Notes: generated by a model from the letters alone, not told the origin. 64,000 bases of DNA from an uncultured Poribacteria bacterium (GCA_951813565.1 OX638351.1:512001-576000); one strand, 5' to 3'; positions 49,301 through 59,331 are shown, counted from the first letter of the stretch. Numbers and translations are program-made.

Positions 49301-50807
49301 GCAGGCGTGGATGACGTGAAATGACAGCGGGAGGCGTATCATCCCCCATCGATCCAACTGCTTCTTTAGCTTGCAAAACCATCGGTTTGATAAAACGTTC
49401 CACATCTTCAACCATATAGCCAAATGCTTTCTGGTGTGTCTGCAAATTATCAGGTACTGGTATTATCGTCCCAAGAGGCTGAGGTTTTAGTTCATCTACA
49501 TGCGTAATCTGCTTAACCCAACTGGCATAAGGTTTTTGATTTGAAACCTCGATTTTGATATCTGTATCCGTGAGTAATTGTCCGCGTATAGTATCAACAG
49601 CTATCATCTGCCCCGGACCTAAACGCCCTTTTTTAATCACACGACTATCGTCCAATTCAATGATTCCGACCTCAGACCCCATCACAACAAGCCCATCATC
49701 GGTTACTTTATACCGAGCGGGTCTTAGACCGTTTCTGTCTAAACTGGCACCAACGATGTTTCCGTCTGTGAATGCCACTGCAGCGGGACCATCCCACGGT
49801 TCGCTAACACAGGAGAGGTATTCATAGCACGCTTTTAAAGTCTCTGACATATCTGGTATCTGTTCGTAAGCTTCTGGTATTAAACACATCATTGAATGGA
49901 GAATGCTACGGTCAGAATGCGTTAGTAATTCCAAAGCGTTATCAAGACTCATTGAATCACTACCGTGAGGGTTGATGATCGGGGCAAGTTTCTTGATATC
50001 CTCATTCCATACAGGTGAATTCATTTCGGCTTCACGGGCGCGCATCCAGTTCCTATTTCCCATCAACGTGTTAATCTCGCCGTTGTGCGCTGACATTCGG
50101 AATGGTTGTGCAAGCGACCAAGTTGGCGAGGTATTTGTGCTATACCGTTGGTGAAAAACCGCTAAGGATGCTTCAAAGTCAACATCGCGTAAATCGGAAT
50201 AGAACATTGCGAGTTGGGGGGCAACAAGGAGTCCTTTATAAACAATGGTGCGATGCGAAAAGGAGGCAATGTGAAATCCGTCAAGTTTCTCTTCTGTAAT
50301 CCGATGTTCTAATTCCTTACAGATAAGATAAAGACGTTGTTCAAACTTATCAGCAGGAATATGGGTTGGTCTACCAATAAATACCTGTTCTATCAATGGC
50401 AGTGTTGCGAACGCCTTTTCTCCGAGCGCAGACACATCAACTGGAACTGAACGCCATCCTAAAAGTGGGAATCCGTATTGCTGTAGAATGTTAGCAACGA
50501 TTTCGCGTCCCCGTTCTTGTGCTACGGGGTCATTCCTCGGCAGGAAAATCATGCCAACTGCAAGGTCATTGATCGAATCTAAGTGTGCTCCGAGTTTCTC
50601 TACTTCTTTTCTAAATAGTTTCTCCGGAATCTGTGTTAGGATGCCCGCACCGTCACCTGTCTTTGCATCAGCTGCAACCGCGCCTCGGTGTGTTAAATTC
50701 GTAACTGCTTGTATTGCCATTTCCAATATAGCATGACTTCGACTCCCTGAACGGTTCGCGATAAAACCTACTCCACAGGCATCTTTTTCATATAAATGTT
50801 CGTGCAT
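46320..50807 (-). CDS. gltB: Glutamate synthase large subunit
   Basis: DACGVGF, HQRYSTNT, EPWDGPA, KQVASGRFGV, CVMARQCHLNTCPVG, GXGXG C-domain. Confidence 0.98.
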   Translation of the reverse strand: MHEHLYEKDACGVGFIANRSGSRSHAILEMAIQAVTNLTHRGAVAADAKTGDGAGILTQIPEKLFRKEVEKLGAHLDSINDLAVGMIFLPRNDPVAQERGREIVANILQQYGFPLLGWRSVPVDVSALGEKAFATLPLIEQVFIGRPTHIPADKFEQRLYLICKELEHRITEEKLDGFHIASFSHRTIVYKGLLVAPQLAMFYSDLRDVDFEASLAVFHQRYSTNTSPTWSLAQPFRMSAHNGEINTLMGNRNWMRAREAEMNSPVWNEDIKKLAPIINPHGSDSMSLDNALELLTHSDRSILHSMMCLIPEAYEQIPDMSETLKACYEYLSCVSEPWDGPAAVAFTDGNIVGASLDRNGLRPARYKVTDDGLVVMGSEVGIIELDDSRVIKKGRLGPGQMIAVDTIRGQLLTDTDIKIEVSNQKPYASWVKQITHVDELKPQPLGTIIPVPDNLQTHQKAFGYMVEDVERFIKPMVLQAKEAVGSMGDDTPPAVISRHPRLLYHYFKQLFAQVTNPPIDSLRERLVMSLTTYLGKRHSLLTETEKHAHVIRLTSPILTNEELEALKAQSLPEFKHATIPVCFPVASGTRGLESALDTLCEKVLDAVNSGNTLLVLSDKDVNAEFVPIPMLLAVGAVHHYLIREGKRRQVSLIVEAGDPREEHHYAVLLGYGADAINPYLAFSTIVRLAENDEFEELSTEQAITNYKEAVEKGILKIMAKMGISTVSSYRGAQIFEAIGINASVIDRCFTGTPSRLSGIGFEHIAAETLHFHTKAFGATDERKILQEAGYFRFRRNGEFHAFNPTVFKALHKFVKSGEAEDYTEYAEAVEEGEPSSLRDLLAFKPSNPIPIEEVEPAEDIVRRFTTGSMSFGALSRETHETLAIAMNRLGAKSGSGEGGEDSGRFERQPNGDLASSALKQVASGRFGVTPQYLASARELEIKMAQGSKPGEGGQIPGHKVTLEIAKIRHSIPGVPLISPPPHHDIYSIEDLAQLIYDLKQVNPRAKVAVKLVSEFLIGTIASGVAKGYADVIQISGHEGGTGASPLSSIKNAGTPWELGLAETQHRLVENELRDRVVLRVDGGMRSGRDIVIAAMLGAEEYGFGTTAMVATGCVMARQCHLNTCPVGVATQDPALRAKYPGTPEMVVNFILGVANEVRAILANLGHRCLNDIIGRPDLLELADLVDYPKAATLDLAEILASADPTGKSPRYHLQERNDRVDTPLDDQILQDAEVAIAKKEPIQLSYPIRNTHRTVGAKLSGEIAFRYGDTPLPKETIRCYFTGSAGQSFGAFCISGIQLILTGEANDYVGKGMAGGELVIKPSPNSRFETHENTIIGNTVLYGATSGVLYAAGRAGERFCVRNSGATAVVESVGDHGCEYMTGGTVVILGETGRNFGAGMTGGNAYVLDENQQFGEKINPQLITLKRITEKVDEDTLVGLIQKHLELTESQRAEKILANWDTFLPLFWKVVTPPPPPPPVQTRRVRKRTPKKKQG

Positions 50808-51025
50808 TTGTAAACTTATACTCCAAGTAATTAATAATTTTGGTATCCGTTAAGTATTTGCATCATCAGAAAAATAAGGTATAAAAGTTCGGATACCGCG
50901 TCTATATTAGACGTATAGGCATTTTCGCCCTCAATTTCCGAATTCGGTAATTTTTTTCTACAATTAATAGTATACCTTAAATGTCGTGAATCGTCAACAA
51001 AATTTTTGTTCTGAAATGGCTCAAC

Positions 51026-51054
51026 TTGACAACCCTAACCTGTTATGATAAAAT
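51026..51054 (+). promoter_or_regulatory. Sigma70 promoter for lpdA
   Basis: TTGACA-17-TAAAAT with TGn. Confidence 0.65.
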
Positions 51055-51175
51055 TGAATTCGTCTCAGAAACAGCAGTAACACCTACCGGTAGGCGCGCT
51101 TTGCAAGCGCGCTGATTTTCGGTGTATTGTTGATTCTTAGATTTACCAAAATAGTTTCAGAGAGTAGGAGCAGAT

Positions 51176-52552
51176 ATGGCAACGTATGATGTCGGAATTA
51201 TTGGCGGGGGACCGGGCGGCTACGTCGCTGCCATTAGAGCAGCACAACTCGGTGGCAACGTATGCCTCATAGAGAAAGGTGAGTGGGGTGGTACCTGCCT
51301 AAATAGGGGGTGTATCCCAACGAAAACCCTCTTTTCTATTGCACATCTCGCCGAGCAGGTCCAAAACACACCAGCTTTGAATACTCAAAGCACAACGGTT
51401 GACTACTCACAAACATTAACACATAAGGCAGAAGTTATCGAAAAACTAAAAAGCGGAATTGGACAACTTCTTAAAGCCAACAAAATTTATACCATAAATG
51501 GTAATGCAACACTTAGCGATAAAAACACAATCACCGTAATTAAATCGGATGACACAACTGAACAAGTAAACGTCAAAAACGTTATTATTGCCACTGGGTC
51601 TGAACCTGCTGAACCTCCTGTTTTTGAAATTGATGAGACCGATGTTTTGACTACGACAGGTATTCTTAACCTCACAGAAATCCCAGAAAGCCTTATTATT
51701 GTCGGAGGAGGTGTTTCGGGGTGTGAATTTGCTTCCATTTTCAACGCTTTTGGTTGTAAGGTAACCGTGTTGGAACTGCTTCCTACAATTTTGGCAACCG
51801 AAGATGTTCAGGTTGTTCGTCATATCCAACTTTTTATGAAGCGGAAAGGTATTTCTATCCAGACGGGTGCAAATATTACCAGCGTCAAAAAGTCAGATGA
51901 GGGTGTTACTGCAGTGCTTGAATCCGGTGAGAATCTTACAGCACAGAAGATGCTTGTTTCAATCGGTAGACGTTACAATTCGGAAGGTATAGGGTTAGAA
52001 AAGGTTGGAGTCCGCACAGAAGACGGCAAAATCGTTGTGAATGAACAGATGCAGACGAATATTCCCAATATTTACGCCGTTGGTGATGTCGCAAGTCGGT
52101 ATCTGTTGGCGCACGTGGCTTCTGCTGAAGGGAAGGTTGCCGCACAAAACTGTCTCGGTGAAACGACTGAGATGGATTATCAAGTGATTCCGTGGTGTGT
52201 TTTCACGCTACCTGAAATTGGGCATGCAGGTATGACTGAAAAAGCGGCAACAGATGAGGGATACGAGGTTAAGGTAGGCAGGTTTCCTTATGGGGCAAGT
52301 GGAATGGCGTTAGGAATGGGAGAAGCAGACGGCTTCGTCAAAACCGTCACGGATGCGGATAGTGGCGACATCCTCGGTGTACATATTGTGGGCGCGCATG
52401 CATCAACGCTTATCCATGAAGCTGCTGTTGCAATTCGTTTGGGTGCGTCTGCGATGGATATTGCCCATACTGTTCACGCGCATCCAACGCTTTCTGAAAT
52501 GGTGATGGAGTCGGCTGAGGCGGCGTATGGTCGTGCGGTGCATGTGTTTTAG
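51176..52552 (+). CDS. lpdA: Dihydrolipoyl dehydrogenase
   Basis: GGGPGGYVAAIRAAQLG, GGTCLNRGCIP, HAHPTLSE. Confidence 0.96.
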   Translation: MATYDVGIIGGGPGGYVAAIRAAQLGGNVCLIEKGEWGGTCLNRGCIPTKTLFSIAHLAEQVQNTPALNTQSTTVDYSQTLTHKAEVIEKLKSGIGQLLKANKIYTINGNATLSDKNTITVIKSDDTTEQVNVKNVIIATGSEPAEPPVFEIDETDVLTTTGILNLTEIPESLIIVGGGVSGCEFASIFNAFGCKVTVLELLPTILATEDVQVVRHIQLFMKRKGISIQTGANITSVKKSDEGVTAVLESGENLTAQKMLVSIGRRYNSEGIGLEKVGVRTEDGKIVVNEQMQTNIPNIYAVGDVASRYLLAHVASAEGKVAAQNCLGETTEMDYQVIPWCVFTLPEIGHAGMTEKAATDEGYEVKVGRFPYGASGMALGMGEADGFVKTVTDADSGDILGVHIVGAHASTLIHEAAVAIRLGASAMDIAHTVHAHPTLSEMVMESAEAAYGRAVHVF

Positions 52553-52632
52553 ATTGTGTTTACAACAAAATTGTGTTAAAATTTTAACGAGATTCATTAC
52601 ATGTTATCACTTTTTTGAGAGAGGGTTGCATT

Positions 52633-53706
52633 ATGACAGCTTACGCATTCTGGAACAACAAAGGAGGTGTCGGCAAGAGTTTCTTAAGCTTTGTTGCGGC
52701 AACTGAGTATGCTCGCACTTACCCGGACACTGATGTCTATGTCATAGACCTTTGTCCACAAGCGAATATCTCTGAGATCCTACTTTTAAATTCCGAAATG
52801 TTAATTAATTCCGACGAAGAAATATCACTATTTAATTATGATGTGATACACAAACTTATTGGGAAAACACCACGTGCTACAGTGGCAGGTTACCTTGAGG
52901 CACGACTTAATTCTCCATTTGAACAGATCAAAGATGTATCTCCTTATGTGTGCCGTCCTCGGGATTTTAATATAAAACTTCCTGTAAATTTACTTTTGGT
53001 TTGCGGGGATTATCTCCTGGAAATCCTCTCAGAAGCGATTCGCCAGACCTCTCAGCTTGCAATTCCAGTGACTGCTTGGAAACAGGTACTTAGTTGGATC
53101 AAAGATTTAACAGTAGCATTGAAGCATCGGAGTGGGGACAGAGATACACTCTTCATTCTTGATTGCAATCCAAGTTTTGCTATCTATACACAATTGGCTC
53201 TAGCCGCAGCCGAAAACCTTGTTATACCCTTTACACCTGATGACAGTTCGCGTCGAGCAGTGGAAAATGTTGTCGCACTACTCTATGGTTACAGTATGGA
53301 TGACCCAAAGATAGAAACTTATGCAAGAATCAATTTTGCCAAAAGAGCATACGATGAAGGTTTAGGTATTCCCAAACTTCACACCTTCGTCAGTAATCGC
53401 GTAACCCTCTATCGTGGTAAAGCAAGCAGAGCTTTTGAGGCAGTGAGTGAGTCCATTAAAACTACATTAGATGATCTCCACAAGAAGCATCGCCAGATTT
53501 ATGCAAATCCAAGAGAGTTACCAAGCGAAAGATTCATAGAAATACCTGACTACCATAGTGCTTGTGTCGTTATGACAGTTAAAGGAATACCCTTGGATAG
53601 TCTTCGTCCGGGACCGAATAAGGTTCACGGTAAACAAGTTCAAATCAATCCCGAGCCTTTAGATCGGTATCGAGAAAAACTCACTGAATTTGTAAAATGT
53701 CTTTAA
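52633..53706 (+). CDS. ParA/Soj-family ATPase
   Basis: Deviant Walker A NNKGGVGKS, DLCPQAN, LDCNPS. Confidence 0.9.
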   Translation: MTAYAFWNNKGGVGKSFLSFVAATEYARTYPDTDVYVIDLCPQANISEILLLNSEMLINSDEEISLFNYDVIHKLIGKTPRATVAGYLEARLNSPFEQIKDVSPYVCRPRDFNIKLPVNLLLVCGDYLLEILSEAIRQTSQLAIPVTAWKQVLSWIKDLTVALKHRSGDRDTLFILDCNPSFAIYTQLALAAAENLVIPFTPDDSSRRAVENVVALLYGYSMDDPKIETYARINFAKRAYDEGLGIPKLHTFVSNRVTLYRGKASRAFEAVSESIKTTLDDLHKKHRQIYANPRELPSERFIEIPDYHSACVVMTVKGIPLDSLRPGPNKVHGKQVQINPEPLDRYREKLTEFVKCL

Positions 53707-53715
53707 AGGTCCCTT

Positions 53716-54294
53716 GTGCCATCACCAGCAGCATTGAAGTATAAAACAGCGGCGGATCCCATACAGACTCTTCGTAGAGCAGCAACAGATAAACGTCTAC
53801 GCCCTATGCTGCATGATGAAATCCAAGTTTTCTATCACGCAGCACTTGCAGCTTACGTAGCGGCGTGGAACGCATATATAAAAAACCTGATTATTGATTT
53901 CTACGATGTGATAGCAGATCCATCGGATCCTAAATTTCGCGCCATTTACACAATCGCCCGGAAAAGAGCCGAAAACGCCTTGACAAGATTTAATACGCCA
54001 GATTCTGAAAAAACACGTAATCTTCTTGTTGAATACACAGGATACGATCCAATAAGCACCTTGCTCTGGATTCAACGTCAGAAATTAGATGATATAATAG
54101 AAGTTCGTCATAGTTTCGCTCACGGTTTTGAGATACAACCTAATACTTGGACTCAATCGTTGAGCAAAAGAGGAGATTTAACAAGTAAAGCCATTCAAGA
54201 GACTGCAGCGTTCTTCAAGAATCTTGTTAAGGTCACTGGCAAGGGAATGAAAGTACATGTTGAATTGACTTACGGACTAACTGGTTTTTGGTAA
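53716..54294 (+). CDS. HEPN domain protein (RiboL-PSP-HEPN-like)
   Basis: AAL...VAAWNAYI..L; RFNTP; RxxxxH motif RHSFAH. Confidence 0.75.
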   Translation: MPSPAALKYKTAADPIQTLRRAATDKRLRPMLHDEIQVFYHAALAAYVAAWNAYIKNLIIDFYDVIADPSDPKFRAIYTIARKRAENALTRFNTPDSEKTRNLLVEYTGYDPISTLLWIQRQKLDDIIEVRHSFAHGFEIQPNTWTQSLSKRGDLTSKAIQETAAFFKNLVKVTGKGMKVHVELTYGLTGFW

Positions 54295-54352
54295 TTATGA
54301 TAGAGTCTATTTTCAGAATTTAGGAATACCATTCAATCTGTCCTACAACCGA

Positions 54353-55258
54353 TCAAAACCGCACCGCATCCTCAAGCTCCCGATACCGCTCCTCAATTTC
54401 ATCAAACTGCACCGACTTTTGCCGATTGATACTGAAATCTTCAATGTTAAACGAGGCGACAACAGTCCCATACATCATCGCTTTGCGGATTGAGCCCTCC
54501 GATACATCACCGACAGATGCAAGATAACCCATAAAACCTCCTGCGAAACTGTCACCTGCACCTGTGGGGTCTGTAACTTGTGTAAGCGGATATGCGGGTG
54601 CGCTAAAGAACGATGATTTTGTGATACTAATCGCACCGTGTTCACCTTTTTTGATGATAACGCGTTGAGGACCTTTTCGTAGGATTGCCCGTGCTGCGTT
54701 CAATAGATTGGATTCACCTGTTAACAATTTCGCTTCGCTATCGTTCAGGATAAGGATATCCACACGTTCGATTGTCTTCTCTAACGCTTCTCGTTCCTCA
54801 TGTATCCAAAAATCCATCGTATCACAGACAATCAGTTTGGGCTTTGACACCTGTTCAATAATGCTCAGTTGCAGTTGTGGCGGGTCGTTCGCTAAAAAGA
54901 GGTAAGGGGTTTCCTTGTAGGTATCGGGCAAAGTAGGGTGAAAGTCAGCAATAACGTTCAGTTCTGTAAAGAGCGTATCACGTACATTAAAGTCTTCAGC
55001 GTATCTGCCGCCCCATCTGAAAGTTTTGCCACCTGCCACCCGTTTTAATCCTTCTAAACAGATTCCTTGGGTTTGCAGGAAGTCAGTATAAGTCTGTGGA
55101 AAATCAGCACCTACGACACCGATAAGCCGAACGAGATTGCCAAAAAAACTTGCGGCAACGGCAGCATAGGTGCCAGAACCGCCAAGCACGTCTTCAACCC
55201 GTTTCTGTGGTGTTTCTACGGTATCTAAAGTGACCGTTCCGACAACTAAAACTCTCAT
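54353..55258 (-). CDS. PfkB family carbohydrate kinase
   Basis: LGGSG, KKGEHG, DPTGAGDSFAGG. Confidence 0.92.
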   Translation of the reverse strand: MRVLVVGTVTLDTVETPQKRVEDVLGGSGTYAAVAASFFGNLVRLIGVVGADFPQTYTDFLQTQGICLEGLKRVAGGKTFRWGGRYAEDFNVRDTLFTELNVIADFHPTLPDTYKETPYLFLANDPPQLQLSIIEQVSKPKLIVCDTMDFWIHEEREALEKTIERVDILILNDSEAKLLTGESNLLNAARAILRKGPQRVIIKKGEHGAISITKSSFFSAPAYPLTQVTDPTGAGDSFAGGFMGYLASVGDVSEGSIRKAMMYGTVVASFNIEDFSINRQKSVQFDEIEERYRELEDAVRF

Positions 55259-55399
55259 TTTTTCTCCATCGGTCTTATGATATTTTATATTATACCATTT
55301 CTAATAATCAGACTTCATTAAGAAGTTATAGGTTCAAACTAAGGTGAAGAATATAAGAGGCGCCAAATGCCATACGCACATTTGGCAATAAATTGCGCG

Positions 55400-55752
55400 A
55401 CTACAAACGCTGCCCTTTCTTTTCTGTTATGCTCTTCTGCTGTTAAAAGTTCAATTGAAAATTTCCACCCAAAGACTTTGAGGATGGCATTAAGGGTGCC
55501 GAGCTGCAGTGATCTTTCGCTGAATAAGAATTCTGAAAGAACTTCTGGAGCAATGCCTGTTTGCTTCGCAACCTCAGAAATACCAACTTGTGCTTCTGCA
55601 ACATTTCGTATTCCTTTTATAAAAAAAGGTGTGTCACCATCAATAAGATATCCTTCAAGTGAACTTGTAGGTAGCCTAATGCTTCCTCTCGGTTGGTAAG
55701 TTTCAATTAGAAACTCGTGCCTACTTGTATTGCAACCAATAGTCCTTTGCAC
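55400..55752 (-). pseudogene. Decayed addiction-module antidote (HTH) gene
   Basis: GD...F..GIRNVAEAQ.GISEVAKQTG...LQLGTL.AILK; scrambled N-terminus; 3' end runs into a repeat module. Confidence 0.6.
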
Positions 55753-55908
55753 GTTGGATATCTATGTCTTAATTTGCGTAAAGTATATCACAAATTTGTT
55801 GGAAAATCAAAGGTTTCCTTTGCTCCCTTTGCTCCAAATCAACAAAACGCTTTACATTCTTATGCGTTTGGTATACAATTAGACCAAAAAATTGGAGAAA
55901 AGTGTTCT

Positions 55909-57312
55909 ATGCAGCTTTACGAAGCCGTCAGTCCATTAGATTTTAGATATTATGGCGGCAATGATGCTTTTATGAAACGCCTCCTGCCCTATGTTTCTGA
56001 GGCAGGATATGTCACCTATCAGGCAAAGGTGGAGGCAGCGTTGACACGCACACTGGCAAACTATGGTGTCTGCTCATCAGCGATTGCTGATGAAGTTGAA
56101 CAAGCAGTAGATCAGGTAACAGCGGAAGATGTATACGAGGAACAGAAACGTATCCGACATAACATCCGATCACTTGTCAATGTGATTCGAAGTAAAATTA
56201 GTCCAGAAGCGCGTCCGTATGTCCATCTGTTCGCAACCTCGGCAGACATATTAGATACTGCTACCGCATTGCGGTTCAAAGCGTTGATTGAAAACGTAAT
56301 TGTTCCAGATATGATTGAACTGGAAAAGCAGCTGATTGGCTTAGCGCGTGAGCATGCAGAGACGCCGCAAATCGGTAGGACGCACGGTCAACATGCAGAA
56401 CCCATAACGTTCGGTTATGCGTTGGCACTCTACATCAGTCGCCTCGGCACCCGGATTGAGAAGATTCATGAGGCGGGACAAAATCTGCGTGGACAATTTT
56501 CTGGTGCAGTGGGAGCGTTTAACGGATTGTCGCTAATACATGAACATCCTGAACAGATTGAGGCGGATTTTCTGGCACTGCTTGGTTTGAAACCATCGGA
56601 TACACATACGTCAACGCAGTGCGTGGAACCAGAGTTTATCTCAGATGTGGCGTATCATGTCACTGCGGCATATACAGTGCTTGCCAATTTTGCTGACGAT
56701 ATGCGGCACCTCTATCGCACAGAAATTGCTGAGGTTGGCAGAAAGTATAATCCGCAATTAGTCGGTTCGTCCACAATGCCTCACAAAGTCAATCCGGAGG
56801 CTTATGAGAACATCAAAAGTCTGTGGAAAGCGTTTGTTCCTCGCATGCAGACCGTTTTTATGGACAGTATTTTGGAACATCAGCGCGATTTGACCAATTC
56901 TGCATCCAGTCGGTTTTTGACGGAGCTGCTTACGGCATTTGATTATTCAATCTATCGGCTTCGACGTGCGTTAGATGAGATGGATGTTAAAGAGGAAAAC
57001 ATGCAACGCAACCTTGATATGAGTGCAGAGGACACGATTGCAGAACCTATTTATTTATTGATGGCATATTACGGGTTTCCAGATGCTTATGATCATACCC
57101 GTAAGTTGATAGCACAAGTGCATCAGACAGGAAAAAGTCTGACAACTTTACTATGGGAGGATGAGACCTTTCGACCGTTCCTTGATAAGTTGACAGAACC
57201 GCAACGCGAAGCACTCCGATCACCAACGAATTATATCGGTGCTTCGGTGCGGCGAACCCACGCAACATGTGATGAATGGGAAAGCCGGGTAGAAAACCTT
57301 ACTCCTATATAA
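55909..57312 (+). CDS. purB: Adenylosuccinate lyase
   Basis: SPLDFRY, ATSADI, GRTHGQHAEP, GSSTMPHKVNP, HQRDLTNS. Confidence 0.9.
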   Translation: MQLYEAVSPLDFRYYGGNDAFMKRLLPYVSEAGYVTYQAKVEAALTRTLANYGVCSSAIADEVEQAVDQVTAEDVYEEQKRIRHNIRSLVNVIRSKISPEARPYVHLFATSADILDTATALRFKALIENVIVPDMIELEKQLIGLAREHAETPQIGRTHGQHAEPITFGYALALYISRLGTRIEKIHEAGQNLRGQFSGAVGAFNGLSLIHEHPEQIEADFLALLGLKPSDTHTSTQCVEPEFISDVAYHVTAAYTVLANFADDMRHLYRTEIAEVGRKYNPQLVGSSTMPHKVNPEAYENIKSLWKAFVPRMQTVFMDSILEHQRDLTNSASSRFLTELLTAFDYSIYRLRRALDEMDVKEENMQRNLDMSAEDTIAEPIYLLMAYYGFPDAYDHTRKLIAQVHQTGKSLTTLLWEDETFRPFLDKLTEPQREALRSPTNYIGASVRRTHATCDEWESRVENLTPI

Positions 57313-57374
57313 ACGAAAAACGTTGCGGATGCTGGACTAAACAGGAACAAAATAAAGTTCTCGTTTGACAGAAA

Positions 57375-58904
57375 ATGTTTGATATTACTTACTTAGGACG
57401 ACGATATATCCGTTTTATCAGACGCTACCCGCGCACGTGGACAATAATCGGTTTTCTGGTGATTTTCAGTATCGGTATTTGGGTAGGCAGAGAGGTGCAG
57501 TTTGGAAAAATACCCGATTATTTCAAATCCTACACCGATCCTGTGCGAAGCGATGAGACAAAGCAGGTGTTGCCCGGAATCGTCCACCGACAGATATTAG
57601 ACGATGGTGTGTTGACGAATATCCTTTCAGTGGCACCCGATGCGGTAGATATCCGTCCGTATCGTGCGCTAAGCGCAGGCATTGGCACTGAATCTCTGCC
57701 CTCAATTGCACGACGACACAAAGCCCCTATTGCAATTAATGGTGGATTTTTCGAGATGGGAGGCACATTTCGTGGGGAATCGGTCGGTGCTTTGAAAATT
57801 GATGGTGAGTGGATGAGCGAACCTGAGCAGGGACGAGGGGTTGTCGGGTTCAGAACCGTTGAAGGGAAAATTGAGACTTACATGGATAGGATTGACCTTC
57901 AGCATGAGATCGTCTTACCAAATGAGACCACACTGAAAATTGACGGTATGAATCGCGGACGTTTGAGAAACGAGTTGGTGCTTTACCGTCCCGATTTTCA
58001 CTCGGTAACGTTAACAATGGCTGATGGTGTTGAAGTTGTCGTTAGAAACGATAAGGTCGTTGATATCTACGATGGAAAAGGAAGTACGCGTATTCCGTCT
58101 GATGGTTATATTCTTTCGGCAAATGGAAGGAAGCGGGGATCGCTGCTGGCAAATATCGCTCTTGGCGATTCGGTAAAAATTCGTGAGAAAGTAATTCCTG
58201 AACGTGTTGGCGACAACAACTTGTGGGCAGGTTTTACACATGTTATCGGTGGCGGGCCCTTGCTACTGAGAAATGGCGTTATATCTACAACAGAAGCGTA
58301 CAAGCGAGAAGGTTTTGATGCTTCGTTCCACAGTTTTTGGCATCCGCGCACGGCAGTCGGCAAAAAAGCAGATGGGACTCTCCTCTTTGTGACGATAACG
58401 GCTGCGGAACCGGGTGTACGACGTGGTGTTATGTTACAGAAACTTGCAAAACTTTTTGTGGAATGGGGAGCGATAGATGCACTTAATTTGGATGGCGGTT
58501 ATTCTTCAATGATGATCATTCGGAATCAGGTGGTAAGTTTCAAGCGACCACAACGTGAAGGGTCTCGATCTGGTGATAAATCTAAACCCGCTGCATTAGA
58601 GAAACAACCTGAAAAGAACGTGAAACTGCCTCCGTCAGAGAAAAAGCTTGAGAAGAACGCGAAACCTTCTCTGTCAAAGAAACAACCTGAAAAGAGCGCA
58701 AAACCTGTTGCGACAGAGAAACAATCCGAGAAGAGCGCAAAACTTGATGCGTCAGAGAAGCAGCAGCCACAAAAGGCAGCACCTGAGAGAAACACAAGGA
58801 CTGCCCGCGGCAATCGTAGGGTTCGACCTACGCCAACGTTCCAAGGCCGTTCAATTTCGGATGCTATCTTAATATTTCCACGCAGTTCCACTGAGTCAGA
58901 GTAG
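57375..58904 (+). CDS. Phosphodiester glycosidase (NAGPA/DUF2233) family protein
   Basis: AINGGFF, GGGPLL, HPRTAVG, ALNLDGGYS; N-terminal TM. Confidence 0.88.
   Translation: MFDITYLGRRYIRFIRRYPRTWTIIGFLVIFSIGIWVGREVQFGKIPDYFKSYTDPVRSDETKQVLPGIVHRQILDDGVLTNILSVAPDAVDIRPYRALSAGIGTESLPSIARRHKAPIAINGGFFEMGGTFRGESVGALKIDGEWMSEPEQGRGVVGFRTVEGKIETYMDRIDLQHEIVLPNETTLKIDGMNRGRLRNELVLYRPDFHSVTLTMADGVEVVVRNDKVVDIYDGKGSTRIPSDGYILSANGRKRGSLLANIALGDSVKIREKVIPERVGDNNLWAGFTHVIGGGPLLLRNGVISTTEAYKREGFDASFHSFWHPRTAVGKKADGTLLFVTITAAEPGVRRGVMLQKLAKLFVEWGAIDALNLDGGYSSMMIIRNQVVSFKRPQREGSRSGDKSKPAALEKQPEKNVKLPPSEKKLEKNAKPSLSKKQPEKSAKPVATEKQSEKSAKLDASEKQQPQKAAPERNTRTARGNRRVRPTPTFQGRSISDAILIFPRSSTESE
58599..58790 (+). 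repeat. In-frame 39-bp (13-aa) degenerate tandem repeat, about 5 units
   Basis: EKQPEKNVKLPPS / EKKLEKNAKPSLS / KKQPEKSAKPVAT / EKQSEKSAKLDAS / EKQQPQK. Confidence 0.8.
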
Positions 58905-58970
58905 GGTTGTTATTGGAAATCTTGCCTGCAATTACAGATTAACCAGAACCATTCAGTTTTGTTAACATTT

Positions 58971-59164
58971 TATACCATTTCTAAAAAATGAGGTTTCATT
59001 GTGAAATTATCGGTTCAAGCTGAGTTGAAGAATGTCCGAGGCGCCAAATGCCAAACGCGCATTTGGCGTTGATTTGGCAATGAATTGCGCTTGGTGAATG
59101 TGCGTCCGACATTCACATTAAACGTGTTTTTTGTTAATGAAAGGCGATCAATTAGAATGGTATT
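58971..59164. mobile_element. MITE-like element with ATACCATT(T)CTAA ends
   Basis: tataccatttctaa ... ttagaatggtat; similar left ends at ~55292 and ~62215; shared internal modules. Confidence 0.55.
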
Positions 59165-59331
59165 AGATAAAGTCGCTCTTACAAGAAGAGACTTAGATAG
59201 GAAGTAAAACTATTGGAAAATTGAGTGGTTCTGCAGATTAACTAAATTTAGTGGATATTTTTTAATAGATGTGGTTAAATATAAAGGGCGAGTTAATTTG
59301 AACAAGGGTATCTCAACAAGAGGAAAAAGAC

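Noticed and set aside
55717..55908. 64-aa N-terminal extension of PurB in the ORF track
   Set aside because: Homology-like sequence begins at ATG 55909, which has a GGAG upstream; the extension spans an intergenic region
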